The notes below the pieces were generated by a model. The model was not told the DNA's origin. It saw only the letters and a program-made list of their open reading frames with translations, and ran no database searches. Positions 1 through 39,000 of a stretch of 64,000 nucleotides of DNA are shown one piece after another. The translations under genes and the position numbers were made by a program. Position 1 is the stretch's first letter; each line of letters begins with the position of its first letter. The stretch lies in NCBI GenBank assembly GCA_002269645.1, contig NIVC01001502.1, positions 131,827-195,826 on the forward strand, in the 5' to 3' direction. The stretch is from Macrostomum lignano (taxonomy: Eukaryota).

Positions 1-11
1 ATTACGCCCAG

Positions 12-25540
<25,529 letters not shown>

Positions 25541-26044
25541 TTCGCGAAGAAGGCGATAGATCCGATTTCAGTGTTAACAAGAGAAATATTTCCACTTTCG
25601 AAGGCGTGTACATGTATGTACATACGATATCAAAATGTCGGCATCACTGACCGTTTATCTGACACAAATACTCCGCCCCCGCAGGTTTCGTACACCTACT
25701 ACATGTACATTCAACATGCAGACAGCCCATTGCAATAAGTCGCAAAACCAACCCGTGTTTCGCTGTTAATTTTTATTAATTTCCAATGGAGCCATTTTTA
25801 AGAAAAAATTCTGAATTCTATTTTGGTAATAAAATAATGCTATTGTTGATCAATGCTATTGGTTATACAAATACATGTATTAGTATATCTTCAAGTACCT
25901 TTTAGCAACTGTAGTGTAATTGAATGTACACCAATTTTATATTAATTACGAGTATTATGACAACTGGAGCGGTTTACACACTGCTAAATTTTGAAATTGT
26001 TTTGATTTTTATATTATTACATGTAGCTCCATCCTGGTCTCAGG

Positions 26045-26720
26045 AGCTAGGGCGCTATCTGAAGGACATCAGGTTGTGGCTCCTGAAGGCACTGAAGAGG
26101 TAGTGGCGCTTCTTGAAGGAACTGAGGAGGTAATGGCGCTTCCTGAACGAACTGAGGAGAAAGTGGCGCTATCTGAAGGAACTGAGGAGAAAGTGGCGCT
26201 ATCTGAAGGAACTGAGGAGAAACTGGCGCTATCTGAAGGAACTGAGGAGAAACTGGCGCTATCTGAAGGAACTCAGGAGAAAGTGGCGCTATCTGAAGGA
26301 ACTCAGGAGAAAGTGGCGCTATCTGAAGGAACTGAGGAGAAACTGGCGCTATCTGAAGGAACTGAGGAGAAACTGGCGCTATCTGAAGGAACTCAGGAGA
26401 AAGTGGCGCTATCTGAAGGAACTCAGGAGAAAGTGGCGCTATCTGAAGGAACTGAGGAGAAAGTGGCGCTATCTGAAGGAACTTAGGAGAAAGTGGTGCT
26501 ATCTGAAGGAACTGAGGAGAAAGTGGCGCTATCTGAAGGAACTTAGGAGAAAGTGGTGCTATCTGAAGGAACTGAGGAGAAAGTGGCGCTATCTGAAGGA
26601 ACTGAGGAGAAAGTGGCGCTATCTGAAGGAACTGAGGAGAAAGCGGCGCTATCTGAAGGAACTGAGGAGAAACTGGCGCTACCTGAAGGAACTGAGGAGA
26701 AATTGGCGCCTCCTGAAGTT
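26045..26720. repeat. Minisatellite, 30 bp unit gaaggaactgaggagaaagtggcgctatct
   Basis: Tandem copies between the MPDZ and PSMA5 3' ends. Confidence 0.95.
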
Positions 26721-27324
26721 AAGCTACCGTTTATCTATGCAGCAGGGTCATGAAATTACCAAGACAGAAAACAGGCAAAGTTAATTTGAAAACATTTACT
26801 CAACAAATTGCGCCCGATAACAACAAGTAGCTTCACTTACCTTCAGTATCAGTATATTGTTATTAAGGAGCAGCAATGTTGAGAATCAAACGTTAGAGAG
26901 AACGAATACAAGCAACAAAGGTTATAGTTGATCATACTATTACTTAGTAAACATATATGGATGTAAAGATATAGAGAAAATTAGGCTAACTATAGGCTTG
27001 CTATTCTGACCGAGTGTATTACAAAAGCACTGGGTACCGGATGTGTCGCTGATAGTACTCGTAGTATTAACAGCGTATTTTTATTACCTATTACTCGTAG
27101 AAAATAATTGGCTGCAAAAGCTACCGGGGTGCTTTTTTATCGCACTGAACACAAAAAGGCCTGCTGCTGATGCTGGATAATTAAATAATAAATTGTCAAA
27201 TTTTATTTGATAGGATAATTGCAAATTTGAAGGGCGCTTTGCCTATAAACATTGCCCAGATTTAGATGATCCTGCATTAAACACTTTAGATACACTATTA
27301 AGATTTATATATATTATCTACGCT

Positions 27325-27470
27325 CGTATAGACGCCGTTAGGACATCTATAGACATCGTTACGACGGTCTATAGACACCGCTAGGGTGACCTATAGACAC
27401 CTTTAGGGTGATCTGTAGACGCCGTTAGGGTGACCTATAGACACTGTTAGGATGACCTAAAGACACCCAT
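27325..27470. repeat. Degenerate 22 bp repeat tatagacaccgttagggtgacc
   Basis: About six diverged copies. Confidence 0.7.
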
Positions 27471-27587
27471 ATCAATAATTATTTTGCACATAATTTCTTA
27501 AACTCACAGTTTACCTTAGAATCCCAAAAAGCACCCAAAATCGTATCCCTCCTAACTGTTCTCGAGAACCTTGTCGTTGAACTCAGC

Positions 27588-29742
<2,155 letters not shown>

Positions 29743-30594
29743 GATGTCAATAAATTGCTGATTTCACAATTGCTAATAACTGACTCCCGAAAGATCGACG
29801 CGCGCACCTTCTGGCATAAAGCGTTTGAAAATTAGTTGAATCATCATCATAATTCTTGATAAAATATGCAATATTCTTATAAGCTACTTATCAAATAGAA
29901 ATATAGGCTAAATATAATTTAAAAAATAAATAACGAACAAAATTTATTTTCAAAATTAAGAAATGCCGTCCAGGAAAAGAGATGTTATTATTGCTGATCA
30001 AAGTCAAACAGTGTGTGTGTTTTAGCTGCGCCACGACAAATTTGGCAGACGATTGAGCGCATAATAATAATGATAATAATAATAGTAATAATATAAAAAT
30101 TGCTTTTACAATCAGAGCGTGGGGGCTGAGCGCACAGACAAAAATGACTGAGAGAAAAAAATCGAAAAAAAATAACAAAGAACAGTTGGGACTTCCGGGA
30201 GGGGGAGGAGGATTTGGCGAACTCGAACTAATTCGACACAAAAACCTTATAAAAGCGCAAAGACTCGAGAGAATAAATGTGACTGAAAAGTGTTTGCAAG
30301 CCAGAAAAGTACATTCATAAAACATAAAGCATAGGCAGTTCCGGTCAGATGTTTTCGAATGTTAATCGGGTACTTAAAAAAAACTTTTTTATTTCTGTGT
30401 CAATTTTGTCAAGAGCAGAACTTTCAAATAGATGGAAAACGCACGGGGTAGAGCAGAGTATTAAAGATAGCTGGATAACAAAATAAACGCAAATGCGCGA
30501 AAAACTGCATCTAAAAGCATCGTAGACTGGATTTGAGCACGGAGTATTGATTTTTTCTTATCGGAGCATTTTTAGAAAAACTTGTGCATTTTTT

Positions 30595-31350
30595 ATGGAG
30601 ACTTGATCGGCTCATTGGGGAGACTTGATCAGCTCATTGGGGAGACTTGATCAGCTCATTAGGGAGACTTGATCAGCTCATTGGGGAGACTTGATCAGCT
30701 CATTAGGGAGACTTGATCAGCTCATTAGGGAGACTTGATCAGCTCATTAGGGAGACTTGATCGGCTCATTTGGGAGACTGAAAAATTAGTCAATTAGTGA
30801 CACTTGGACTATTTTATTAAAGGGAGTAAGAACAGTCTATTAGGGAGACTAAAACCAGTCCATTAGGGAAACTCAGACCCGTCAATTAGGGAGACTAAGA
30901 CCAGTCAATTAGGGAGACTAAGACCAATTCATTAGGGAGACTAAGACCAGTCGATTAGGGAGACTAAGACCAGTTCATTAGGGAGACTAAGACCAGTACA
31001 TTAGGGAGACTAAGAGCAGTCCATTAGGGAGACTAAGACCAGTTCATTAGGGAGACTAAGACCAGTCCATTAGGGAGACTAAGAGCAGTCCATTAGGGAG
31101 ACTAAGAGCAGTCCATTAGGGAGACTAAGAGCAGTCCATTAGGGAGACTAAGACCAGTCCATTAGGGAGACTAAGAGCAGTTCATTAGGGAGACTAAGAC
31201 CAGTCCATTCGGAGACTAAGACCAGTCCATTCGGAGACTAAGACCAGTCCATTCGGAGACTAAGACCAGTCCATTCGGAGACTAAGACCAGTCCATTCGG
31301 AGACTAAGACCAGTCCATTAGGAGACTAAGAGCAGTCCATTAGGGAGATC
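30595..31350. repeat. Two related arrays: 22 bp ttagggagacttgatcagctca (30595-30780) and 23 bp ttagggagactaagaccagtcca (30838-31350)
   Basis: Both share the cattagggagact core. Confidence 0.92.
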
Positions 31351-31456
31351 AACCTATTAGAGATAATTAGAGTAGTCAATGATTAGACAAAATTTCAGCC
31401 TTAAAAGTCAGTCGAAGTGAGTGAACACGATCATAAAAGGTATTCATGTTTGCTTT

Positions 31457-34400
31457 TCACCGCCTTCGGCGCGGTTTAATCGGCGCCCGTCGAGTCGCTT
31501 CGCCAGCGCCGCCACCAGCCGCAGAGAAGTTGAAATTTGGCGCCGGCGCTTGCGGCGCAGCTCCAGCGACGGCCGCGCCAAGAGAGAAATTGAAGCTGGA
31601 ACCACTGGATGACTGCTGCTGCTGATTCTGCTGTTGTTGCGGCGGCTGCTGTCCGAAGCTGAACAAAGAGCCGCCAGTTGAAGAAGTCGATCCAGCGGTA
31701 GCTGCCGACTGGCCAAACGTAAAGCCGGTGCCGGCGCTGGTTGAAGATGGTGGCGCATTTGGCGCGGCATTTGCAGCGCCGGAATTATTAGCGCCAAAAC
31801 TAAAGCTGGGATTTGAGGCTGATTTGCCGAAACTGAACGGATTGGGAGAAGCGGCGGCAGCCGGTTTTGCCACGGTGGACTGGTTGCTGCTCGCTGATTG
31901 GCCGAATAGGGTACCGGCTGATGACGTGTTCGAAACTGATTGGCCGAAAAGTAGACCAGTGGATGAGTTGCTCGAAGCTGATTGGCCGAAGACTGGAGCA
32001 GCGGATGACGTGTTCGAAGCTAATTGGCCGAAGACTGGAGCAGCGGATGACGTGTTCGAAGCTGATTGGCCGAAGACTGGAGCAGCGGATGACGTGTTCG
32101 AAGCTGATTGGCCAAAGACTGGAGCAGCGGATGACGTGTTCGAAGCTGATTGGCCAAAGACTGGAGCAGCGGATGACGCGTTAGAAGCTGATTGACCAAA
32201 AAGCGACGTTCCTGAAGACTTACTGACAGTGGAGGCAGCATGACCAAACAAATTATTGGCAGATGCGGTAGTGGCAACGGTCTGTCCGAAAACGGAGGAG
32301 CTCGATGATGCAACCGAAGATGCTTTACCAAAGGTGAATGCACCGGATGTTGAAGATTTAGAAGCAGAGTAACCAAATGCGGAAGCCGTGGAAGCTGTAG
32401 TGGCAGCAGGTTGGCCAAATACGGAACTTGTGGAAGAAGCACTTTTACTAAATACGAATCCTGAACTAGCAGATGACACATTTGAACCCGACTGGCCGAA
32501 AATTGGTGCGGCAGATGACGCATTTGAAGCTGATTGGCCAAACACCGGACCAGCTGATGACGTGTTGGAAGCCGATTGGCCAAAGATTGGACCATTTGAT
32601 GACGTGTTAGCAGCTGATTGGCCAAAGATCGGAGTGGCAGATGACGCATTTGAAGCTGATTGCCCAAACACTAGACCAGCTGATGACGCATTGGAAGCTG
32701 ATTGGCCAAAGATTGGACCAGCCGTTGGCTTACTAGAAGCTGATTGGCCAAAGATTGGACCAGCTGATGACGTGTTGGAAGCTGATTGGCCAAAGATTGG
32801 ACCAGCCGTTGGCTTACTAGAAGCTGATTGGCTAAAGACGGGACCAGCTGATGACGTATTAGAATTTGATTGGCCGAAGACTGGAGCAGCAGATGACCTA
32901 TTAGAAGCTGATTCGCCGAAGACTGGAGCAACAGATGACGTGTAAGAAGCTGATTGGCCAAAAACTGGAGCAGCAGATGACGTATTAGAAGCTGATTGGC
33001 CAAAAACAGGAGCAGCAGATGACGTATTAGAAGCTGATTGGCCAAAAACAGGAGCAGCAGATGACGTATTAGAAGCTGATTGGCCGAATGCTGGAGCAGC
33101 AGATGACGTATTAGAAGCTGATTGGCCGAAAGCTGGAGCAGCAGATGACGTGCTCAAAGCTGATTGGCTGAACACAGGAGCAGTAGTAGAAGTTTGACCA
33201 AAGCCTGTAGCTGTAAAACTTGCAGAAGCATTATTATTAAAAGAAGAGTTTGAAGCAGCCAGGTTTAAACCTGATGCAGTAGTTGAGCCTAAAGCTGGTT
33301 GACTAATCACTGGAGCTACAGATGCAGCAGTAGACGCAGTGTTGGAAGCTGCCTGACCAAATGTTACAGCGGCAGACGGAGTGTTGGAAGCTGCCTGACC
33401 AAATGTTACAGCGGCAGACGGAGTGTTGGAAGCTGCCTGACCAAATGTTACAGCGGCAGACGGAGTGTTGGAAGCTGCCTGACCAAATGTTACAGCGGCA
33501 GACGGAGTGTTGGAAGCTGCCTGACCAAATGTTACAGCGGCAGACGGAGTGTTGGAAGCTGCCTGACCAAATGTTACAGCGGCAGACGGAGTGTTAAAAG
33601 CCGTTACAGTTGTCACAGGAGCTGACGTGTTCGAGGCTGCTGTAACTGACACGGAGTCTGCAGACGGGGTCTTGGAAACTGTTTGGCCAAAGCTCACTGC
33701 TGCGGATGAAGTGTTGGTAGCTGTTATATTACTAGCAGTAGTTGGAGTTTCAGAAAAAGCGGTCCCCAGCACGGGAGCGTTGAGAGACGAAGTGTTAGAA
33801 TCCGGCTTACGAAATTCTGCCAAAGGCGTTGCCGAAGCGGCAAGGTTCAGCACAGGTGCAGCGGCGGCAGCGGGCGTGCTAGGACTGCTATTCAACGAAT
33901 TATTCGCCGCAGCTGCAGATTCTCCCGCAAGCAGGCGACGAATTCTTTCCCGACGACTGGCTCTGGCCTGACGGTCGCGTTCGCGAGCTTGCCGAGCGGC
34001 GGCCAGTCGGTCTATCGGTGAGGCGCCGCTCGGCATCGTCGACGAAAATTCCTCGCCGACGGTATCGCTGGCCGATACGGCGGCATCATCCCGACGCCTG
34101 CCGGAGCGCTCCAGGTTGGCGACCAGAGCGGAGACGGTAGCCCGAGCTGACGACTGCTGCTGGTGGTGCCTGCGACGCGCCGATGCCGACAATATCGAAG
34201 TCGACGAAATCGACGGCGAAGGCGAAACCAAACCGACATTGGTCGCTTCATCGACGCCGACTGTCGCAGTTGGTTCGGTACTGGGCGTAACTGCCGCTAG
34301 TTGAAGCGGCGCGGCAGCAGGTCCGGAAGTATCTCGCTGCTCCGACGGCGCCGGCTCCGTCGCCGGAAGCGGCGGCGGCAAAATCCGCCTAGGCGCCACC

Positions 34401-35113
34401 GGAAGCCGAATTGGCCCGCCGCCGAGCACTTCGCGCAGCGACGTCGCTTTGAATTTGCCGCCGTCTAATCCGCCGCCAGATTCCGACGTTGGTCCGGCTG
34501 CCGCGGCGGCGCCGCCACTAGACGAATCACCTAGGATGTCGTCAAGAGCAGCGGCGGCTGCTGCGTCGGCAGCGGGTGTCGCAGCGGCGATGCTGACACG
34601 TCGTCGCTTTTTCTTTGTCGAAAAAGAAGTCGCCGACGCGTCTTCAAAGTCGGCCCTATTCTCCACGTCCGGATTGACGTCCTCAGCAATGTCGGCTGCT
34701 TCCCCGCCGCCTTCTGCATCGTCGTTGTTGATGCTGGGCGGCGCCAGGGAGCGCCGTTTCCTGGTCTCGATGATGCGCAGGGCGCGCAGCACGCTGGTCT
34801 GCTCGTCCTCGTCTCGAAGCACTGGCTGCTGCTGCTGCTGCTGCTGCTGATGCGGCCTCGGCGGCAGCGGCATGGTGCACCTACTGGGCGGTCCACGTTG
34901 AAACGGCGACTTCTTTGCCGACACTGATAGCTCTGTTGACGCCAACTGGCGGCTGGTGAGCACCGACGAAGTTGGCCGGCTGGCTGCAGTCGAAGAGGGC
35001 AGCAGGCCGACTGAGATGCTCGCCGGCGATTTGGTCGTCGCCGCGGCGGCGGCATCGGCAGCGGCGGCGGACCGCTTCGAGAAGCTGTAGTAGCCGGAGG
35101 CTCTCGGACGCAA
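31457..35113 (-). CDS. FG-repeat nucleoporin-like protein (Nup153/POM121-like C-terminal architecture); one 1218-codon exon without its own start exon
   Basis: Uninterrupted ORF starting at a phase-0 acceptor (tattccag|TTG CGT). More than 30 FGQ motifs in S/T/A-rich 14-aa repeats, basic NLS-like motifs (TRKRR, KKKRRR), and a basic C-terminal tail RRAPIKPRRRR resembling Nup153/Nup1 ends. No zinc fingers or TM segment visible. Confidence 0.8.
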   Translation of the reverse strand: MRPRASGYYSFSKRSAAAADAAAAATTKSPASISVGLLPSSTAASRPTSSVLTSRQLASTELSVSAKKSPFQRGPPSRCTMPLPPRPHQQQQQQQQPVLRDEDEQTSVLRALRIIETRKRRSLAPPSINNDDAEGGGEAADIAEDVNPDVENRADFEDASATSFSTKKKRRRVSIAAATPAADAAAAAALDDILGDSSSGGAAAAAGPTSESGGGLDGGKFKATSLREVLGGGPIRLPVAPRRILPPPLPATEPAPSEQRDTSGPAAAPLQLAAVTPSTEPTATVGVDEATNVGLVSPSPSISSTSILSASARRRHHQQQSSARATVSALVANLERSGRRRDDAAVSASDTVGEEFSSTMPSGASPIDRLAAARQARERDRQARASRRERIRRLLAGESAAAANNSLNSSPSTPAAAAAPVLNLAASATPLAEFRKPDSNTSSLNAPVLGTAFSETPTTASNITATNTSSAAVSFGQTVSKTPSADSVSVTAASNTSAPVTTVTAFNTPSAAVTFGQAASNTPSAAVTFGQAASNTPSAAVTFGQAASNTPSAAVTFGQAASNTPSAAVTFGQAASNTPSAAVTFGQAASNTASTAASVAPVISQPALGSTTASGLNLAASNSSFNNNASASFTATGFGQTSTTAPVFSQSALSTSSAAPAFGQSASNTSSAAPAFGQSASNTSSAAPVFGQSASNTSSAAPVFGQSASNTSSAAPVFGQSASYTSSVAPVFGESASNRSSAAPVFGQSNSNTSSAGPVFSQSASSKPTAGPIFGQSASNTSSAGPIFGQSASSKPTAGPIFGQSASNASSAGLVFGQSASNASSATPIFGQSAANTSSNGPIFGQSASNTSSAGPVFGQSASNASSAAPIFGQSGSNVSSASSGFVFSKSASSTSSVFGQPAATTASTASAFGYSASKSSTSGAFTFGKASSVASSSSSVFGQTVATTASANNLFGHAASTVSKSSGTSLFGQSASNASSAAPVFGQSASNTSSAAPVFGQSASNTSSAAPVFGQSASNTSSAAPVFGQLASNTSSAAPVFGQSASSNSSTGLLFGQSVSNTSSAGTLFGQSASSNQSTVAKPAAAASPNPFSFGKSASNPSFSFGANNSGAANAAPNAPPSSTSAGTGFTFGQSAATAGSTSSTGGSLFSFGQQPPQQQQNQQQQSSSGSSFNFSLGAAVAGAAPQAPAPNFNFSAAGGGAGEATRRAPIKPRRRR

Positions 35114-35151
35114 CTGGAATACGGAAATTTGCTTACGATTTATGATTGTGC

Positions 35152-35845
35152 TCAGCTAGGGATCAAAGAGACTCAATGGGAGTTACTCGGCTAGGGATCA
35201 AAGGGACTCAATGGGAGTTACTCAGCTAGGGATCAAAGGGACTCAATGGGATTTACTCAGCTAGGGATCAAAGGGACTCAATGGGAGTTACTCAGCTAGG
35301 GATCAAAGGGACTCAATGGGATTTACTCAGCTAGGGATCAAAGGGATTCAGTGAGATTTACTCAGCTAGGGATCAAGGGGATTCAATGGGATTTACTCAG
35401 CTAGGGATCAAAGGGACTCAATGGGATTTACTCAGCTAGGGATCAAGGGGATTCAATGGGATTTACTCAGCTAGGGATCAAAGGGACTCAATGGGATTTA
35501 CTCAGCTAGGGATCAAAGGGACTCAATGGGATTTACTCAACTAGGGATCAAAGGGACTCAAAGGGATTTACTCAGCTAGGGATCAAAGGGATTCAGTGGG
35601 ATTTACTCAGCTAGGAATCAAAGGGACTCAATGGGATTTACTCAGCTAGGGATCAAAGGGAATCAATGGGATTTACTCAGCTAGGGATCAAAAGGACTTA
35701 ATGGGATTTACTCAGCTAGGGATCAAAGGGACTCAAAGGGATTTACTCAGCTAGGGATCAAAGGGATTCAGTGGTATTTACTCAGCTAGGAATCAAAGGG
35801 ACTCAATGGGATTTACTCAGCTAGGGATCAAAGGGATTCAATGGG
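35152..35845. repeat. Minisatellite, 35 bp unit ctcagctagggatcaaagggactcaatgggattta
   Basis: About 20 tandem copies between RPS3 and the FG exon. Confidence 0.96.
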
Positions 35846-36039
35846 GTACTAAGCATAATAGGACACGCCTACTAGTCGATAGAATAACAAAGACAAACTA
35901 TTAAACAAAGATTCCAAGCCAACAAACTTCCAGTCGCCAACTGCAATCAGTCTCTTTGCTCACAGAGACAAGCAAATTTACTAATTTTAACCATAGTATT
36001 CATTGAAAGGTCCTCCAACGCAATCCTTCAACAGGCTGT

Positions 36040-39000
36040 TTAGGCCACGGCCATGACCTCAGCCTGAGGCTTCTGCTGCTTATTCTCCGAATAAGGCTCG
36101 GCCGGCACCGGCTGCTCTTTGGGATCGGCGATGGTCACGTGATCCGGCAGGGGCTTGCGGGGCGCGACGCCTCCAGCCGGGGCCTCCCAGTTCTGCATGA
36201 TCTTCACCTGAGAGGAATTGAGATTGGAGTTAGTGAGTCGTACAGCGGTTCATACAGTGAGTCATACAGGAGTCATACAGTGAGTCATACACGAGTCATA
36301 CAGTGAGTCATACACGAGTCATACACGAGTCATACACGAGTCATACAGTGAGTCATACAGTGAGTCATACAGTGAGTCATACAGTGAGTCATACACGAAT
36401 CATACAGGAGTCATACAGGAGTCATACAGTGAGTCATACACGAGTCATACAGAAGTCATAACTGATACAGTGAGTCAGATCAATAAGCCTCACCTGGATG
36501 CCCAGTACACCCTGCCGGAGCTGTACGTGCCGCACAGACCGGTCAATGAAGCGGACAGACGGCTCGCCGCTGTGGATCATGAAGCCTTCAGTGAATTTCA
36601 TCGATTTGGCGCGCTGACCGCGCAGCTTGCCGCTAACAATGACTTCGGCGCCTTTGGCGCCAGACTCCATAATGAAGCGCAGCACGCCGTAGCAGGCGCG
36701 ACGGACAGCCAGGCCACCGAGAAGCTTGTAGCGCAGGGACTCGGCCTGCATGGTTGGGTTGGCAGTTTGTTTTAGTAAAGAGGATTGGATTCTGCTAGTA
36801 GAGTGCAAGTTAGTTATGCCGTTTGGGGCAACATGACGGTAAATCGGTGACGCTGATTGATCTGGCGCCATCTGACGCTGATTGTTGATCTGGCGCCATC
36901 TAACACTGATTGATCTGGCGCCATCTGACACTGATTGATCTGGCGCCATCTGACGCTGATTGTTGATCTGGCGCCATCTAACACTGATTGATCTGGCGCC
37001 ATCTGACGCTGATTGTTGATCTGGCGCCATCTGACGCTGATTGTTGATCTGGCGCCATCTAACACTGATTGATCTGGCGCCATCTGACGCTGATTAATCT
37101 GGCGCCATCTGACACTGATTGATCTGGCGCCATCTGACGCTGATTGATCAGGCGCCATCTGACGCTGATATATCTGGCGCCATCTGACACTGATTGATCT
37201 GGCGCCATCTGACACTGATTGATCTGGCGCCATCTAACACTGATTGATCTAGCGCCATCTGACACTGATTGATCTGGCGCCATCTAACACTGATTGATCT
37301 AGCGCCATCTGACACTGATTGATCTGGCGCCATCTAACACTGATTGATCTAGCGCCATCTGACACTGATTGATCAGGCGCCATCTAGTACTTATGTTTGC
37401 TTTTAATTTAGTCTTGGCATCATACTTTTCTTAAATAGCTGTCGTCATAAGTTGGTACGAATGTGAACAGCAGATATAGATGTTAAAATCATTGCCATTA
37501 GTACTAAAACTTAAAATTATTGGCTTATGAATTTACGAGTACATGTATGTTTGTAGTCAAGGACTGAATGATGAGATTGGGATCGGGGGTGGGACTGAAC
37601 TGAAGATGGTATCAGATAAGAGACTTAAGATGTGCTCATACAAAGCATGTTGCTGTCGTCATAGCTCAAATCTTTAAGGCTAACGAATGTGAACAGCAGT
37701 AATGCAATTTAATCATAGCTGCTCATATAAAACAACAAAATCATATTTTATGAAATCAATTCCAGTTGGCATCATACTGAACAATATGTTGTCGGCATAA
37801 CTTGTACGAATGTGAACAGCAGAATGGTTATAATCACTGCCAACTTGGGAATTCACGGGAGATGGGACTCGGGATGGGTCTGAGGATGGGACTGAGGATG
37901 GGTCTGAGGATGGGTCTGTGGATGGGACTGAGGATGGGTCTGAGGATGGGTCTGAGGATGGAACTGAGGATGGGACTGTGGATGGGACTGAGGATGGGTC
38001 TGAGGATGGGACTGAGGATGGTCTGAGGATGGGTCTGAGGATGGGACTGAGGGTGGGTCTGAGGGTGGGACTGAGGATGGTCTGAGGATGGGTCTGAGGA
38101 TGGGACTGAGGGTGGGTCTGAGGGTGGGACTGAGGATGGGACAGAGGATGGGTCTGAGGATGGAACTGAGGATGGGTCTGAGGATGGGACGGAGGATGGG
38201 TCTGAGGATGGGACGGAGGATGGAACTGAGGATGGGTCTGAGGATGGGTCTGAGGATGGGTCTGAGGATGGGACGGAGGATGGGACGGAGGATGGAACTG
38301 AGGATGGGTCTGAGGATGGGTCTGAGGATGGGACTGAGGATGGGACTGAGGGTGGGACGGAGGATTGGTCTGAGGATGGGACTGAGGGTGGGTCTGAGGG
38401 TGGGACTGAGGATGGGACAGAGGATGGGTCTGAGGATGGAACTGAGGATGGGTCTGAGGGTGGGACTGAGCATGGAACTGAGGATGGGTCTGAGGATGGG
38501 ACGGAGGATGGGACGGAGGATGGGTCTGAGGATGGGACTGAGGATGGTCTGAGGATGGGTCTGAGGATGGGACTGAGGGTGGCTCTGAGGGTGGGACTGA
38601 GGATGGGACAGAGGATGGGTCTGAGGATGGAACTGAGGATGGGTCTGAGGATGGGACGGAGGATGGGTCTGAGGATGGGACGGAGGATGGGACGGAGGAT
38701 GGGTCTGAGGATGGGACTGAGGATGGTCTGAGGATGGGTCTGAGGATGGGACTGAGGGTGGCTCTGAGGGTGGGACTGAGGATGGGACAGAGGATGGGTC
38801 TGAGGTTGGAACTGAGGATGGGTCTGAGGATGGGACGGAGGATGGGTCTGAGGATGGGACGGAGGATGGGACGGAGGATGGGTCTGAGGATGGGACTGAG
38901 GGTGGGACGGAGGATGGGACTGAGGGTGGGTCAGAGGATGGAACTGAGGATGGGACAGAGTTACAAATGATAAAATCTGTCACCAAGGCAACGCTCAACC

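Noticed and set aside
26076-26753. EGTEEKVALS-repeat ORF that looks like an acidic repeat protein
   Set aside because: A 30-bp minisatellite downstream of the MPDZ stop and polyA signal. Some units carry TAG, and there is no ATG or splice context.
31728-34850. Plus-strand ORFs opposite the FG exon (EADWPKTGAADD etc.)
   Set aside because: Antisense shadows of the 42-bp coding repeat.
35114-35136. Donor-like GTAAGC 23 nt upstream of the Nup acceptor
   Set aside because: A 23-nt intron is too short, and no ATG lies upstream in frame before a TAG.
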